Assembly (NCBI GenBank): GCA_036257195.1
Contig: DATAFX010000093.1
Location: forward strand, 2,308 to 66,307
From: Candidatus Methylomirabilota bacterium
Lineage (GTDB): Bacteria > Methylomirabilota > Methylomirabilia > Rokubacteriales > DASRDR01
Direction: 5' to 3'
DNA length: 64,000 nt
Part shown: positions 19,713-29,305 of the stretch, one piece after another
Layout of the letters: each line of letters begins with the position of its first letter
Numbering within the stretch: position 1 is the stretch's first letter
Notes under the pieces: generated by a model
Database searches by the model: none
Told to the model about the DNA's origin: nothing
What the model saw: the letters and a program-made list of their open reading frames with translations, nothing else
Made by a program: the position numbers and the translations under genes

Positions 19713-20213
19713 ATGGTCACGAAGCAGCGCTTCGCGCAAGGCATGACGTTCCAGCAATACCTCGACCAGATGAATACCAACAAGGATAAGTTCCTGGAGA
19801 CGCTGGCGGCGGTACACGTCACGCCGCAGGACCGGGCGGTCTTCGCGAGCCGCGGCGAGAAGCTCAACGTCCTCGTCCTGACCGAGGACTGGTGCGGTGA
19901 CGCCCTGACCAACTTTCCGGTGCTCGCCCGGATGATCGAGGGCGCCCCGAACGTGGAGATGCGGGTCTTCCTCCGGGACCAGAATCAGGACCTCATGGAC
20001 CAGTACCTCAACCGGGGACTCTACCGGTCGATCCCGGTCTTCGTGTTCTTCGACGAGAACATGAGAGAGATCGCCCGCTTCGTCGAGCGGCCCCCGAAGA
20101 TCACGGAGTACATGGAGCAGAAGCAGCTCGAGCTGCGCCGCCAGCTCCGCGCCCAGCATGGGGACGAGTGGCGGCAGTCGGCGGCCGAGGAGATCCGCGC
20201 GCTGCTCGGATGA
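19713..20213 (+). CDS. Thioredoxin-fold family protein
   Basis: 166 aa with LVLTEDWCGDALTNFPVLARM, a degenerate thioredoxin-like CxxC region with a single Cys. GC content is lower than the neighbours. Confidence 0.65.
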   Translation: MVTKQRFAQGMTFQQYLDQMNTNKDKFLETLAAVHVTPQDRAVFASRGEKLNVLVLTEDWCGDALTNFPVLARMIEGAPNVEMRVFLRDQNQDLMDQYLNRGLYRSIPVFVFFDENMREIARFVERPPKITEYMEQKQLELRRQLRAQHGDEWRQSAAEEIRALLG

Positions 20214-21685
20214 ACGTCGCCCACTTCCTGGAGGCGAGCGCTCGCCACCATCCCGGGCGCCCCGCCCTCGTCTTCGGGGAGCGCCGCTGGACGTACGCCG
20301 AGCTCGACCAGGAGGCTGGGCGAGTGGCGGCCGGCCTCGCCCGCCTCGGCATTCGGGCCGGCGAGCGCGTGTGTCTCCATCTCGCGAACCGGCCGGAGTT
20401 CGTGTTCGCCTACTACGGGTGCCAGAAGCTCGGCGCCGCGCCGGTCGCGCTCAACGTCACGTACGTGCGCGACGAGCTCGCGTACATCATCCGGGACAGC
20501 GAGGCGGCCGCGATCCTGACCGGGCCGCCGTTCGCCGCCCAACTCCCGGACCCTCGCGAGACTCCGTCCGTCCGGGCACGCATCGGCGCCGGCGAGCCCG
20601 GGTCCGTCTCCTTCGACGCGCTCCTGGCCGACCCCCCGCTGCCGGCGGTCGACGCGGACCGCGAGGAGGTGGCGGCGATCCTCTACACCTCGGCCACGAC
20701 GGGCCGCCCCAAGGGCGTGATGCTCACTCACGCGAACGTCGTGTCGAACACGCACGCGACGGTGCACCACCTCCGCATGACCCCGCAGGATCGAGGGCTG
20801 TGCGCCCTTCCGCTGTTTCATTGCTTCGGCCAGAACTTCATCATGAACGCGCTGGTGGCCGCTGGCGGGACGCTGGTCCTGCAGGAACGGTTTGTCCCGG
20901 TCGCGTTCCTGTCCGCGATCGCCGACCACCGCATTACTATCCTCTACGCAGTGCCGACGATGTACATCGTGCTCCTGGCCGGCGACCTGGCCGGGCATGA
21001 TGTCTCCTCGCTCCGGCTCGCCTTCTCGGCGGCGGCCATGCTTCCCGGCGACGTCGAGCAGCGGTGGACTGCGGCGACCGGGCTCCCGGTCTCGCAGGGC
21101 TATGGGCTCACCGAGTGCTCCCCCTTCGCGACCTACAACCACGAGCAGGCCCACCGGCCGGGCTCGGTCGGCACACCGATCGAAAACGTCGAGATGCGGG
21201 TCGTCGACGAGAACGACCGTCCGGTCCCGGACGGCGCGCTCGGCGAGATCGTGATTCGGGGACCTAACGTCATGCGAGGCTACCTGGGTAAGCCCGAGGA
21301 AACGGCCGCGGTGCTGCGCGGAGGGTGGCTCCACTCGGGCGACATCGGCTATCGAGATGACGACGGCTACTTCCACGTCGTCGACCGCGTGAAGGACATG
21401 ATCAACGTCGCCGGCTTCAAGGTCTTCCCGCGAGAGGTCGAGGAGGTGCTCTTCGAGCATCCCGCCGTGGCCGAGGCGGCGGTGCTGGGGCAGCCGGATC
21501 CCGTCAAGGGCGAAGTGGTGCGCGCGTGCGTGGTGCTGCGGCCAGGGCAGGCGACGACGGCCGAGGAGCTGATCGAGCGCTGTCGAGTCCGCGTCGCCCC
21601 GTACAAGGTTCCGGTGGTCGTGGAGTTCCTTCCGGCGCTGCCCAAGAGCCCGACCGGCAAGATCCTCAAGAAGAACCTCCGGTGA
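20210..21685 (+). CDS. AMP-dependent synthetase/ligase (long-chain fatty-acid--CoA ligase-like)
   Basis: YTSATTGRPKGV (AMP-binding), GYGLTE, the GDIGYRDDDGYFHVVDR hinge, and PKSPTGKILK (A10 Lys). An ATGA overlap with the upstream gene. Confidence 0.9.
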   Translation: MNVAHFLEASARHHPGRPALVFGERRWTYAELDQEAGRVAAGLARLGIRAGERVCLHLANRPEFVFAYYGCQKLGAAPVALNVTYVRDELAYIIRDSEAAAILTGPPFAAQLPDPRETPSVRARIGAGEPGSVSFDALLADPPLPAVDADREEVAAILYTSATTGRPKGVMLTHANVVSNTHATVHHLRMTPQDRGLCALPLFHCFGQNFIMNALVAAGGTLVLQERFVPVAFLSAIADHRITILYAVPTMYIVLLAGDLAGHDVSSLRLAFSAAAMLPGDVEQRWTAATGLPVSQGYGLTECSPFATYNHEQAHRPGSVGTPIENVEMRVVDENDRPVPDGALGEIVIRGPNVMRGYLGKPEETAAVLRGGWLHSGDIGYRDDDGYFHVVDRVKDMINVAGFKVFPREVEEVLFEHPAVAEAAVLGQPDPVKGEVVRACVVLRPGQATTAEELIERCRVRVAPYKVPVVVEFLPALPKSPTGKILKKNLR

Positions 21686-21766
21686 CCCAGCGGCGCCGCT
21701 TTGGGCGTACTATGCAGTGTGACGGCTAGCGTGACGGGCGCCAGGCGGCGGCGCTGGGAGGGAACG

Positions 21767-22723
21767 ATGGGACGGTCGATCGTGGCAGCAGGTCTGGTCG
21801 GGATCCTGGCGGGGGGACTGGCCCTGGCGTCCCTGGCCGAGGCGCGGGTGGGCGGAGGCGGCTCGAGCGGGAGTCGGGGCTCGCGCTCCTACTCGGCCCC
21901 GCGCGTGCCGTCGACGCCGTCGTCTCCTCGGCCGGCTGCGCCGGCTGCTCCCGGGACGCTCGGCCAGGCGCCCCGAACGAGCCCGTTCGGGGGGTTCGGC
22001 GGCATGCTGGGCGGCTTCCTGGTCGGCGGGATCCTGGGGTCTCTCCTCTTCGGCGGTCTGGGCGCCGCGCCGGGCGGAATCGGCCTGATGGACATCCTGG
22101 TCATGGCCGGCCTCGCGGCGCTCGCGATCTCCTTCCTGCGGCGGCGCGCTTCCGAGCCGACCCCGGCGCCCGCCTACGGGCGCGCGGAGCGGGCTCGTCC
22201 GGAGCCGGGCCCCGTGTCCATCGCGCCGGCGTCTGAGGCCGGGCGAAGCGACGCCTCGGCGGCGGACGAGGACCTTGCGCGGGGCCTCGAGCACATCCGC
22301 GGGATGGACCCGGGCTTCGACCCGGCCGGCTTCTTGGCGATCGCCAAGGACCTCTTTGTGCGCCTGCAGATCGGGTGGTCGAGCGGCGACCTCGCCGCCG
22401 TGCGTGCGCACCTCACGGACGAGATGGCCGTCGCGCTGGGCGGGGACCTGGCCCGCCTGCGTGAGCGAGGCCGACGGAACCGCGTCGAGCGGGTGACCGT
22501 CGACTCGGTCGCGCTCACCGAGGCGTGGCAGGAGTACGGCCGCGATCTCGTGACGGCGGAGATCCGGGCGGCAGGCATCGACTGCGTGGTCGACGAGACC
22601 ACGGATCAAGTGGTAGAGGGGAACGCGACGGAGCCCGTCCGGTTCGTCGAGTACTGGACGTTCGTCCGCCCGGTGGGTGCGAACCCGTGGAGGCTGGCCG
22701 CGATCCAGCAGCCTTCCGCCTGA
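21767..22723 (+). CDS. Tim44-like domain protein with N-terminal membrane anchor and Gly/Ser-rich linker
   Basis: MGRSIVAAGLVGILAGGLALASLA TM helix, GGGSSGS linker, a second TM, then the C-terminal Tim44-like domain (GMDPGFDPAGFLAIAKDLFVRLQIGWSSGD...WTFVRP). Confidence 0.7.
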   Translation: MGRSIVAAGLVGILAGGLALASLAEARVGGGGSSGSRGSRSYSAPRVPSTPSSPRPAAPAAPGTLGQAPRTSPFGGFGGMLGGFLVGGILGSLLFGGLGAAPGGIGLMDILVMAGLAALAISFLRRRASEPTPAPAYGRAERARPEPGPVSIAPASEAGRSDASAADEDLARGLEHIRGMDPGFDPAGFLAIAKDLFVRLQIGWSSGDLAAVRAHLTDEMAVALGGDLARLRERGRRNRVERVTVDSVALTEAWQEYGRDLVTAEIRAAGIDCVVDETTDQVVEGNATEPVRFVEYWTFVRPVGANPWRLAAIQQPSA

Positions 22724-22787
22724 CGCCGGGGGCCGGTCTCCCGCTCTCCCTCCCGAGACGGGGCCGTGTTACGCTTCGATACAGGCC

Positions 22788-23354
22788 ATGGCGCAGGTCG
22801 GTGTCCTGCTCGTGGACCCGGATCAGACCCTGGTGGGGGGTATTCGCCAGTCCCTCGCGGGGCATCCCTATGAGCTCAGACCGGTGGACTCGGCGACCCA
22901 GGCCCTGGAGGCCATCGGCGGGGGTGACGTCGAGGCAGTGCTGGTGAGCCTCGGTGCGGGGGACGGCGCTCTCATCGCCGACATCTCCGGTCGATGGCCT
23001 GACCTCCCCGTCATGGCCGTCACCGAGCCCGGGGGTCGGGTCCGGGGGTTCCAGGCGCGCGCGGCCGGGGCCTGGGACTACCTGGAGGCACCCGGCGACC
23101 TCGTCGCCGAGCGGCTCCTCACCGTGATCCAGAATGCGCTCGATCGTCGCCGCCTCCGGCGCGAGCTCCGCGCTGCGCAGGCGGCGGCGCCCGAGACCCT
23201 CAATCTCGAGACGCGCGAGCGGCAAGCGATCCTCGCCGCCCTCGAGACGACGCGCTGGAACAAGCAGGCCGCGGCGCGTCTCCTGGGTCTCCACCGGCCG
23301 ACGCTTTACGCCAAGATGCGGAAGCATGGCGTTCCGCAGGCGCGCCCGAACTGA
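22788..23354 (+). CDS. Receiver-like domain plus Fis-type HTH transcriptional regulator
   Basis: 188 aa: VLLVDPDQTLVGGIRQSL... (CheY-like) and a C-terminal ...RERQAILAALETTRWNKQAAARLLGLHRPTLYAKMRKHG (Fis/NtrC HTH_8). Confidence 0.65.
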   Translation: MAQVGVLLVDPDQTLVGGIRQSLAGHPYELRPVDSATQALEAIGGGDVEAVLVSLGAGDGALIADISGRWPDLPVMAVTEPGGRVRGFQARAAGAWDYLEAPGDLVAERLLTVIQNALDRRRLRRELRAAQAAAPETLNLETRERQAILAALETTRWNKQAAARLLGLHRPTLYAKMRKHGVPQARPN

Positions 23355-23525
23355 TGATGTGACGCCGGCGCCGGCGCTCCCGGATGCTGCCGCGGATGTC
23401 CGATCCCGCGGCGGTCGGGTTGCGGCCACTCAGACCGTGTGCCACAATGACGCGTGTGTGCGCGGCCCCCGATGCGGGGCCGCGCCTGTTTCCGGCCAAT
23501 CCGTACACGCCAACGGGGGCGGCCC

Positions 23526-24653
23526 ATGACGACTCCGACGACCGACCGCGGCCTGGAAGATGTGGTGGTCTCGACGTCCGAGATCTGCTTCATCGACGGC
23601 GATCGAGGGCGGCTCCTCTATCGCGGCTACGACATCCACGACCTCGTCCAGCACTCCTCCTTCGAGGAGACCGCGGCTCTGCTCTGGAACGGCGCGCTCC
23701 CGAAGCGCGCGGAGCTCGAGAGCCTCCGGAAGGCCCTGGCGACCCAGAGGCGGCTGCCCCCCAAGGTCCTGACGCTACTCCGGAGCCTGCCCCGGAAGTC
23801 GGACGCGATGGACGTCCTCCGAACCGCGGTCTCGGCGCTCGGGATCTACGATCCCGACGCCGGCGACGACTCCCGCGAGGCAAATCTGCGGAAGGCCGTG
23901 CGCATCCAGGCGCAGGTGCCCACCCTCGTCGCCGCCTGGAGCCGGATCCGGAAGGGCAAGGCCCCGATCCCGCCGAACCCCCGCCTCTCGCTCGCCGGCA
24001 ACCTCCTCTACATGTTGTTTGGACGGAAGCCGAGCCCGCTTGCCGAGAAGGCAATGGACACCGCGCTCATCCTGCACGCCGACCACGAGCTCAACGCCTC
24101 GACGTTCGCGGCGCGGGTCACGGTGGCGACCCTGTCCGACATGTACTCAGGCGTGGTGTCGGGGATCGGAGCGCTCAAGGGCCCGCTCCATGGCGGGGCG
24201 AACGTCGGCGTGATGCGGATGCTGCTCGAGATCGGCGACGTGGACCGTGCGGAGACGTGGATCAAGAACGCTCTGGTCCAGAAGAAGCGGATCATGGGGT
24301 TCGGTCATCGCGTCTACCATACGGAGGACCCGCGGGCGACCCACCTCCGGCGCCTGTCCGAGCAGCTCGGGCGCGAGGCCGGCGAGCTCAAATGGTTCGA
24401 GATGTCTCGGATCGTCGAGCGGGTGGTGAACGCCGAGAAGAACCTGCACGCCAACGTCGACTTCTACTCCGGGTCGATGTACTACTCCATGGGCATCGAG
24501 CCGGAACTCTACACCCCGATCTTCGTGGTCTCGCGGGTTTCCGGATGGACGGCCCACATCCTGGAGCAGCAGGCGCACAACCGCCTGATCCGGCCGCGTG
24601 CCGAGTACCAGGGTTCGCGCCAGGCGACCTACGTCCCCGTCGACCAGCGCTGA
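23526..24653 (+). CDS. Citrate synthase / 2-methylcitrate synthase family
   Basis: 375 aa with GYDIHDL, LILHADHELNAST, GPLHGGAN and MGFGHRVY catalytic His motifs. Confidence 0.9.
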   Translation: MTTPTTDRGLEDVVVSTSEICFIDGDRGRLLYRGYDIHDLVQHSSFEETAALLWNGALPKRAELESLRKALATQRRLPPKVLTLLRSLPRKSDAMDVLRTAVSALGIYDPDAGDDSREANLRKAVRIQAQVPTLVAAWSRIRKGKAPIPPNPRLSLAGNLLYMLFGRKPSPLAEKAMDTALILHADHELNASTFAARVTVATLSDMYSGVVSGIGALKGPLHGGANVGVMRMLLEIGDVDRAETWIKNALVQKKRIMGFGHRVYHTEDPRATHLRRLSEQLGREAGELKWFEMSRIVERVVNAEKNLHANVDFYSGSMYYSMGIEPELYTPIFVVSRVSGWTAHILEQQAHNRLIRPRAEYQGSRQATYVPVDQR

Positions 24654-24758
24654 CGGCGCCCGGACCCTCCGGATGCCTCGCGCCCGGTTCGCGCGCGTTC
24701 TCTGCGCTGCGCTCGTGAGGGGGGGCGCGTCCGTCTCGACCGGCGTCGGCGAGTAGCG

Positions 24759-25637
24759 ATGGCACGGTTCACGAAGGGACACGGGCTCGGCAACGACTAC
24801 CTCGTGATGGAGGAGCGGGACGTCGATTTCCCGCTCGGCCCGGCGGCCATCCGCTGGATCTGTCACCGTAACTGGGGGGTGGGCTCTGACGGCATCCTCC
24901 TCCGGACGGAGTCGGGCGTGGCGGACGTGGGGCTCCGCATCTTCAATCCCGACGGGAGCGAGGCCGAGAAGTCCGGCAACGGCCTCCGGATCTTCGCGAA
25001 GTACCTGTGGGAGCGCGGCGGCCTCCGGAAATCGCCGATGCGGATCGAGACGAAGGGCGGCCTGGTCGAGGCGGTGTGCCACGCCGACGGCGAGCGCGTG
25101 GGCGAGGTGACCGTCGAGATGGGCCACGCGACCTTCCGCGCCCCGGAGATTCCCATGCACGGCCCGGACCGCGAGGTCGTCGCGGTCCCCCTCCAGGTCG
25201 GCGATCGCTTTCTCACGGTGACGTGCGTCTCGGTGGGGAACCCCCACTGCGTTGTCTTCGTCGACCGGCTGGACGACGACGAGGTCCGGCAGCTGGGACC
25301 TCGGATCGAAACGCACGCGGCCTTTCCCAACCGCACGAACGTCCAGTTCGCGCGGGTCCTGGCGCGTGACCGGGTTGAGATCCGCATTTGGGAGCGCGGG
25401 GCCGGGTACACGCTGGCCTCGGGCTCGTCCTCGTGCGCGGTCGCCGCGGCGGCGGTCAGGAACGGCCTGGCCGGCGGGCGCATCACTATCCAGAGTCCTG
25501 GCGGCGAGCTGGTGGTCGAGGTCCGCGAGGACTGGTCCATCCGGCTGCGCGGGCCTGTCGCGGAAGCGTGCGAGGGGAGGCTCGCGCCCGAGTTCGTCCA
25601 CGCGCTCCGCGCCGGCGTCCCGCCGCCCTTCGAGTGA
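24759..25637 (+). CDS. dapF: Diaminopimelate epimerase
   Basis: HGLGNDYLV, SGNG and VGNPHCVVFV motifs with both catalytic Cys contexts. 292 aa. Confidence 0.9.
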   Translation: MARFTKGHGLGNDYLVMEERDVDFPLGPAAIRWICHRNWGVGSDGILLRTESGVADVGLRIFNPDGSEAEKSGNGLRIFAKYLWERGGLRKSPMRIETKGGLVEAVCHADGERVGEVTVEMGHATFRAPEIPMHGPDREVVAVPLQVGDRFLTVTCVSVGNPHCVVFVDRLDDDEVRQLGPRIETHAAFPNRTNVQFARVLARDRVEIRIWERGAGYTLASGSSSCAVAAAAVRNGLAGGRITIQSPGGELVVEVREDWSIRLRGPVAEACEGRLAPEFVHALRAGVPPPFE

Positions 25638-25644
25638 GGTGCCA

Positions 25645-26775
25645 ATGGCCGGCCTGATCCCCAAGACCGCGTTCATCGGAATCGAGCACGTCGCCCATCT
25701 CGCGACGGGTGGCGAGGCGCCCGTCCTCCGCGCCCACCTCGAGGCGGCCACCCGGTTCCTCCTCGACAAGGGCGACGGCATGCCGGGGCGCGAGCGCTTC
25801 TTCGCGACGGCGGACGGGACCCGGGCAGCCCTCGCGGCCCGCCTGGGCGGCCGCCCCGAGGACGTCTCGTTCCTGGGCAGCGCGTCCGAAGGCCTCCACG
25901 TGGCGTCCGAGGGCATCGACTGGCGTCCGGGTGACAACGTCGTCGTGGGCCAGAGCGAGTTTCCCTCCGTCCTCGTCGCATGGCAGCGGCTCCGTCCGCG
26001 CGGGGTCGAGGTGCGCGCGGTCGGCCGCGAGGCGGTGGTGACCCACGAGGAGATCGCCGCCGCGGTCGATGGCCGCACGCGGGCCATCGCGGTGAGCCAC
26101 GTCGGCTATCTCACGGGCGCCCGCCACGACCTCGGCCGCCTGCGTGGCCTGGCCGACCGGGCTGGGGCGCGCCTGATCGTCGACGCTTCCCACGCGCTCG
26201 GCGTCGTCCCTGTCGACGGGAGGCTGTGCGACGTCGTCGTCGCCTGCTGCTACAAGTGGCTCCTGGCGGTGCACGGCGTCGGCGTCTTCTACGTCAACAG
26301 CCGGCGCTGGCCCGGCCTGGCGGCCCCCTGGGTCGGCTGGCACTCCACGGACCGCGAGGATGACTGGCGGCGTCGCACGGAGTACCGCCTGCGGGAGGAC
26401 GGCTCGCGGTTCGAGGCGGGGAATCCCCCGTTCCTGCCGGTCTACATCCTGGAGAGCGCGCTGCGGACGCTCGACGGCCTCGATCCCCGGGCGGTGGAGG
26501 CGCACGTGCTCGGGCTCGGCGGAACACTCCGGGCCGGGCTGGCGAAGCTCGGGCTTCCGGTCCTGACGCCCGAGGCGCCCCAGGAGCGGGCAGGCAACAT
26601 CGTGTTCGCGACCGACCGCTGGGCGGACGTCGAGCGCGCCCTCCGGGCAGCCGGCGTGCTCGTCTGGGCCGGCGATGGGCGAGTGCGCCTGTCGGTGCAC
26701 GCGTACAACGACGAGGCCGACGTCGAACGCGCGCTCGCCGTGCTCGGGGACCTGACGGCGCGCGACGCTGTCTGA
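25645..26775 (+). CDS. Aminotransferase class V / cysteine-desulfurase-like PLP enzyme
   Basis: 376 aa starting MAGLIPKTAF.... Class V fold features are DASHALG and CYKWL (PLP-Lys region). Confidence 0.8.
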   Translation: MAGLIPKTAFIGIEHVAHLATGGEAPVLRAHLEAATRFLLDKGDGMPGRERFFATADGTRAALAARLGGRPEDVSFLGSASEGLHVASEGIDWRPGDNVVVGQSEFPSVLVAWQRLRPRGVEVRAVGREAVVTHEEIAAAVDGRTRAIAVSHVGYLTGARHDLGRLRGLADRAGARLIVDASHALGVVPVDGRLCDVVVACCYKWLLAVHGVGVFYVNSRRWPGLAAPWVGWHSTDREDDWRRRTEYRLREDGSRFEAGNPPFLPVYILESALRTLDGLDPRAVEAHVLGLGGTLRAGLAKLGLPVLTPEAPQERAGNIVFATDRWADVERALRAAGVLVWAGDGRVRLSVHAYNDEADVERALAVLGDLTARDAV

Positions 26776-26779
26776 CCGG

Positions 26780-27838
26780 ATGCCGCTCGGCGGGGCAGCC
26801 GCGCCCGGCACCGCCGCGGTCCGCGAGCCGCACCGCTTCGATGTCACTGCGCTCGAGCACTACCTCGCCGGTCGGCTGGCCGGCTTCGTCGGTCCGCTGG
26901 ACGTCCGACAGTTTCTCGGCGGCCAGTCGAACCCCACGTACCATCTTCGCGCGGCGAGCGGCGAGTACGTCCTCCGGCGGAAGCCTCCCGGGAAGCTGCT
27001 GCCGTCCGCCCACGCCGTCGAGCGGGAGTTCCGGGTGATGGCCGCGCTCCGGGGGAGCGGGGTGCCGGTTCCCGAAGCGCTCCTGCTTTGCGAGGATCCC
27101 GGCGTCGTGGGCACCGCCTTCTATGTGATGCGATACGTGGCCGGCCGGGTCCTGCCCGAGCTTGGCCTCCCGGGGCTCACGCCGCCGGATCGGCAGGCGC
27201 TGTGGGACGACGCCGTCTCCGTCCTCGCGCGCCTCCACCAGGTGAACTGGCGGGCCGCCGGCCTGGCCGACTTCGGCAAGCCGGGCAACTACTACATGCG
27301 GCAGATCCACCGCTGGGTGGGGCAGTACCGCGCCTCCGAGACCGAGGCCATTCCGGCCATGGAGCGCCTCATAGAGTGGCTGCCCGCCCACGTGCCGACC
27401 GACGACACCACGACGCTCGTCCACGGAGACTTCCGGATCGGGAACACGATCGTCCACGAGATGGAGCCTCGCATCCTGGCCGTGCTGGACTGGGAACTTT
27501 CCACCCTCGGCCATCCGCTCGGGGACCTCGGCTATCTCTGCACCGCGTTCCGACTGTCGGAGGGGATCGACGGCCTCGGCGGCCTCGACCTGAGAGCGCT
27601 CGGGATCCCCTCGGAGGCTGCCGTCGTGGCCCGCTACTGTCGCCTGACGGGTCGCGACGGGATTCCGGGCTGGGAGTTCTACGTGGCGTTCGCGCTTTTC
27701 CGGCTGGCCGCGATCTGCCAGGGGATCATGGGGCGGGTGCGCGACGGGACCGCGAGCGACCCTGGCGCGCGCCGGCGGGGAGAACGGGCGCGGCCCCTGG
27801 CCGACGCGGGCTGGTCGGTGGTGGAGCCGGCGGCCTAG
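26780..27838 (+). CDS. Phosphotransferase enzyme family (APH-like kinase, ACAD10/11 N-domain-like)
   Basis: GGQSNPTYHL, Brenner motif LVHGDFRIGN and DWELS. It is convergent with an ACAD gene. Confidence 0.85.
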   Translation: MPLGGAAAPGTAAVREPHRFDVTALEHYLAGRLAGFVGPLDVRQFLGGQSNPTYHLRAASGEYVLRRKPPGKLLPSAHAVEREFRVMAALRGSGVPVPEALLLCEDPGVVGTAFYVMRYVAGRVLPELGLPGLTPPDRQALWDDAVSVLARLHQVNWRAAGLADFGKPGNYYMRQIHRWVGQYRASETEAIPAMERLIEWLPAHVPTDDTTTLVHGDFRIGNTIVHEMEPRILAVLDWELSTLGHPLGDLGYLCTAFRLSEGIDGLGGLDLRALGIPSEAAVVARYCRLTGRDGIPGWEFYVAFALFRLAAICQGIMGRVRDGTASDPGARRRGERARPLADAGWSVVEPAA

Positions 27839-27877
27839 CTCGGTGCCGCCCGCACCGCCGCCCGGGAGGCCCGTCGC

Positions 27878-29086
27878 TCAGCCGTGCTTCCGGAGCTCGA
27901 GCCGCCCGATCTGGCGGCGGTGGACCTCGTCGGGCCCGTCGGCGAAGCGGAGCGTCCGGGAGTGGGCCCACCAGTAGGCGAGGGGGAATGCCTGGCTGAC
28001 GCCGCCCCCCCCGTGGAGCTGGATCGCCCGGTCGAGCACGCGCAGCGTCGTGTTGGGCACGGCGACCTTGATGGTGGCGATGGCCTGCTTGGCGGCCTTG
28101 TTGCCTACCGTGTCCATCATCCACGCCGCATGGAGCACGAGCAGGCGCGCCTGGTCGATCTCGATCCGGGATTGGGCGATGCGCTCGAGGCTCACGTCGT
28201 TGTCGGCGAGCCGCTTGCCGAACGCCACGCGCTCCTGGGCGCGGCGGCACATCAGCTCCAGCGCCCGCTCGGCTACGCCGATCTGCCGCATGCAATGGTG
28301 GATCCGTCCCGGCCCGAGACGACCCTGCGCGATCTCGAAGCCTCGTCCCTCGCCCAGGAGCATGTTGGCGGCCGGCACGCGCACGTTCTCGAAGACGACC
28401 TCGCCATGCCCGTGGGGAGCGTCGTCGTAGCCGTAGACGGTGAGCATGCGGACGACCCGGACGCCCGGGGCGTCCCGCGGCACGAGGATCATCGACTGCT
28501 GCTTGTAGCGATCGGGATTCCGGGCGTCCGTCTTGCCCATGAATATGATCAGCTTGCAGCGCGGATCGCCGATGCCCGAGGTCCACCACTTGCGACCGTT
28601 GATGACGTACTCGTCGGCGTCGCGGACGATGCTCGCCTCGATGTTGGTCGCGTCCGACGACGCGACGGCCGGCTCAGTCATCGCGAACGCCGAGCGCATC
28701 TTCCCGTCGATCAGCGGAGTGAGCCACTCGCGCTTCTGCGCGGCGGTTCCGTAGCGGACGAGCACCTCCATGTTCCCGGTGTCGGGGGCCGAGCAGTTGA
28801 ACACCTCCGGCGCGATCGGGGAGCGCCCCATGACCTCGCAGAGCGGCGCGTATTCGAGATTCGTGAGGCCGCCGCCGTGCTCGCTCTCGGGCAGGAAGAG
28901 GTTCCAGAGGCCCCGCTCGCGGGCCCTGCTCTTCAGCTCCTCCATGATCGACGGCACCTGCCAGCGCGTCGGGCCCGCGTCGAGCTGGTCGAGGTACGTC
29001 TGCTCGCTGGGGTACACGTGACGGGCCATGAACTCCGTCAGCTGGTCCAGGTACTCTCGCGTGCGCTTCGAGTACTCGAAATCCAC
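27878..29086 (-). CDS. Acyl-CoA dehydrogenase (ACAD10/11-like)
   Basis: 402 aa with AFAMTEP, WWTSG and a C-terminal helical domain. The start is [14 protein letters not shown]. Confidence 0.9.
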   Translation of the reverse strand: MDFEYSKRTREYLDQLTEFMARHVYPSEQTYLDQLDAGPTRWQVPSIMEELKSRARERGLWNLFLPESEHGGGLTNLEYAPLCEVMGRSPIAPEVFNCSAPDTGNMEVLVRYGTAAQKREWLTPLIDGKMRSAFAMTEPAVASSDATNIEASIVRDADEYVINGRKWWTSGIGDPRCKLIIFMGKTDARNPDRYKQQSMILVPRDAPGVRVVRMLTVYGYDDAPHGHGEVVFENVRVPAANMLLGEGRGFEIAQGRLGPGRIHHCMRQIGVAERALELMCRRAQERVAFGKRLADNDVSLERIAQSRIEIDQARLLVLHAAWMMDTVGNKAAKQAIATIKVAVPNTTLRVLDRAIQLHGGGGVSQAFPLAYWWAHSRTLRFADGPDEVHRRQIGRLELRKHG

Positions 29087-29305
29087 CGCGCCGCCTCCTC
29101 CGGTCCCCGGTCCGGGCCCGTCCTACTGAACCACCCCCCGCCAGTTTCCGCAAGCCGACGGCCGAGACTCCCCAGTGCTGCGACAAATTGACGGAAACCC
29201 CCGGGAGTGGCGGCAATTTGGCGTGCTCCGCGTTTTGTCGTACCATCGGGCGATGCAGGGTGGCGGTACGGGCTTCGCTCGGGCGTCCCGAGAGGCGGCT
29301 CCAGC

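Noticed and set aside
20021-21460. 479-aa minus-strand ORF
   Set aside because: It is antisense to the acyl-CoA synthetase, which has canonical AMP-binding motifs.
24147-26087. 646-aa minus-strand ORF
   Set aside because: It spans the antisense of the citrate synthase, dapF and aminotransferase genes. Low-complexity Arg/Ala/Pro.
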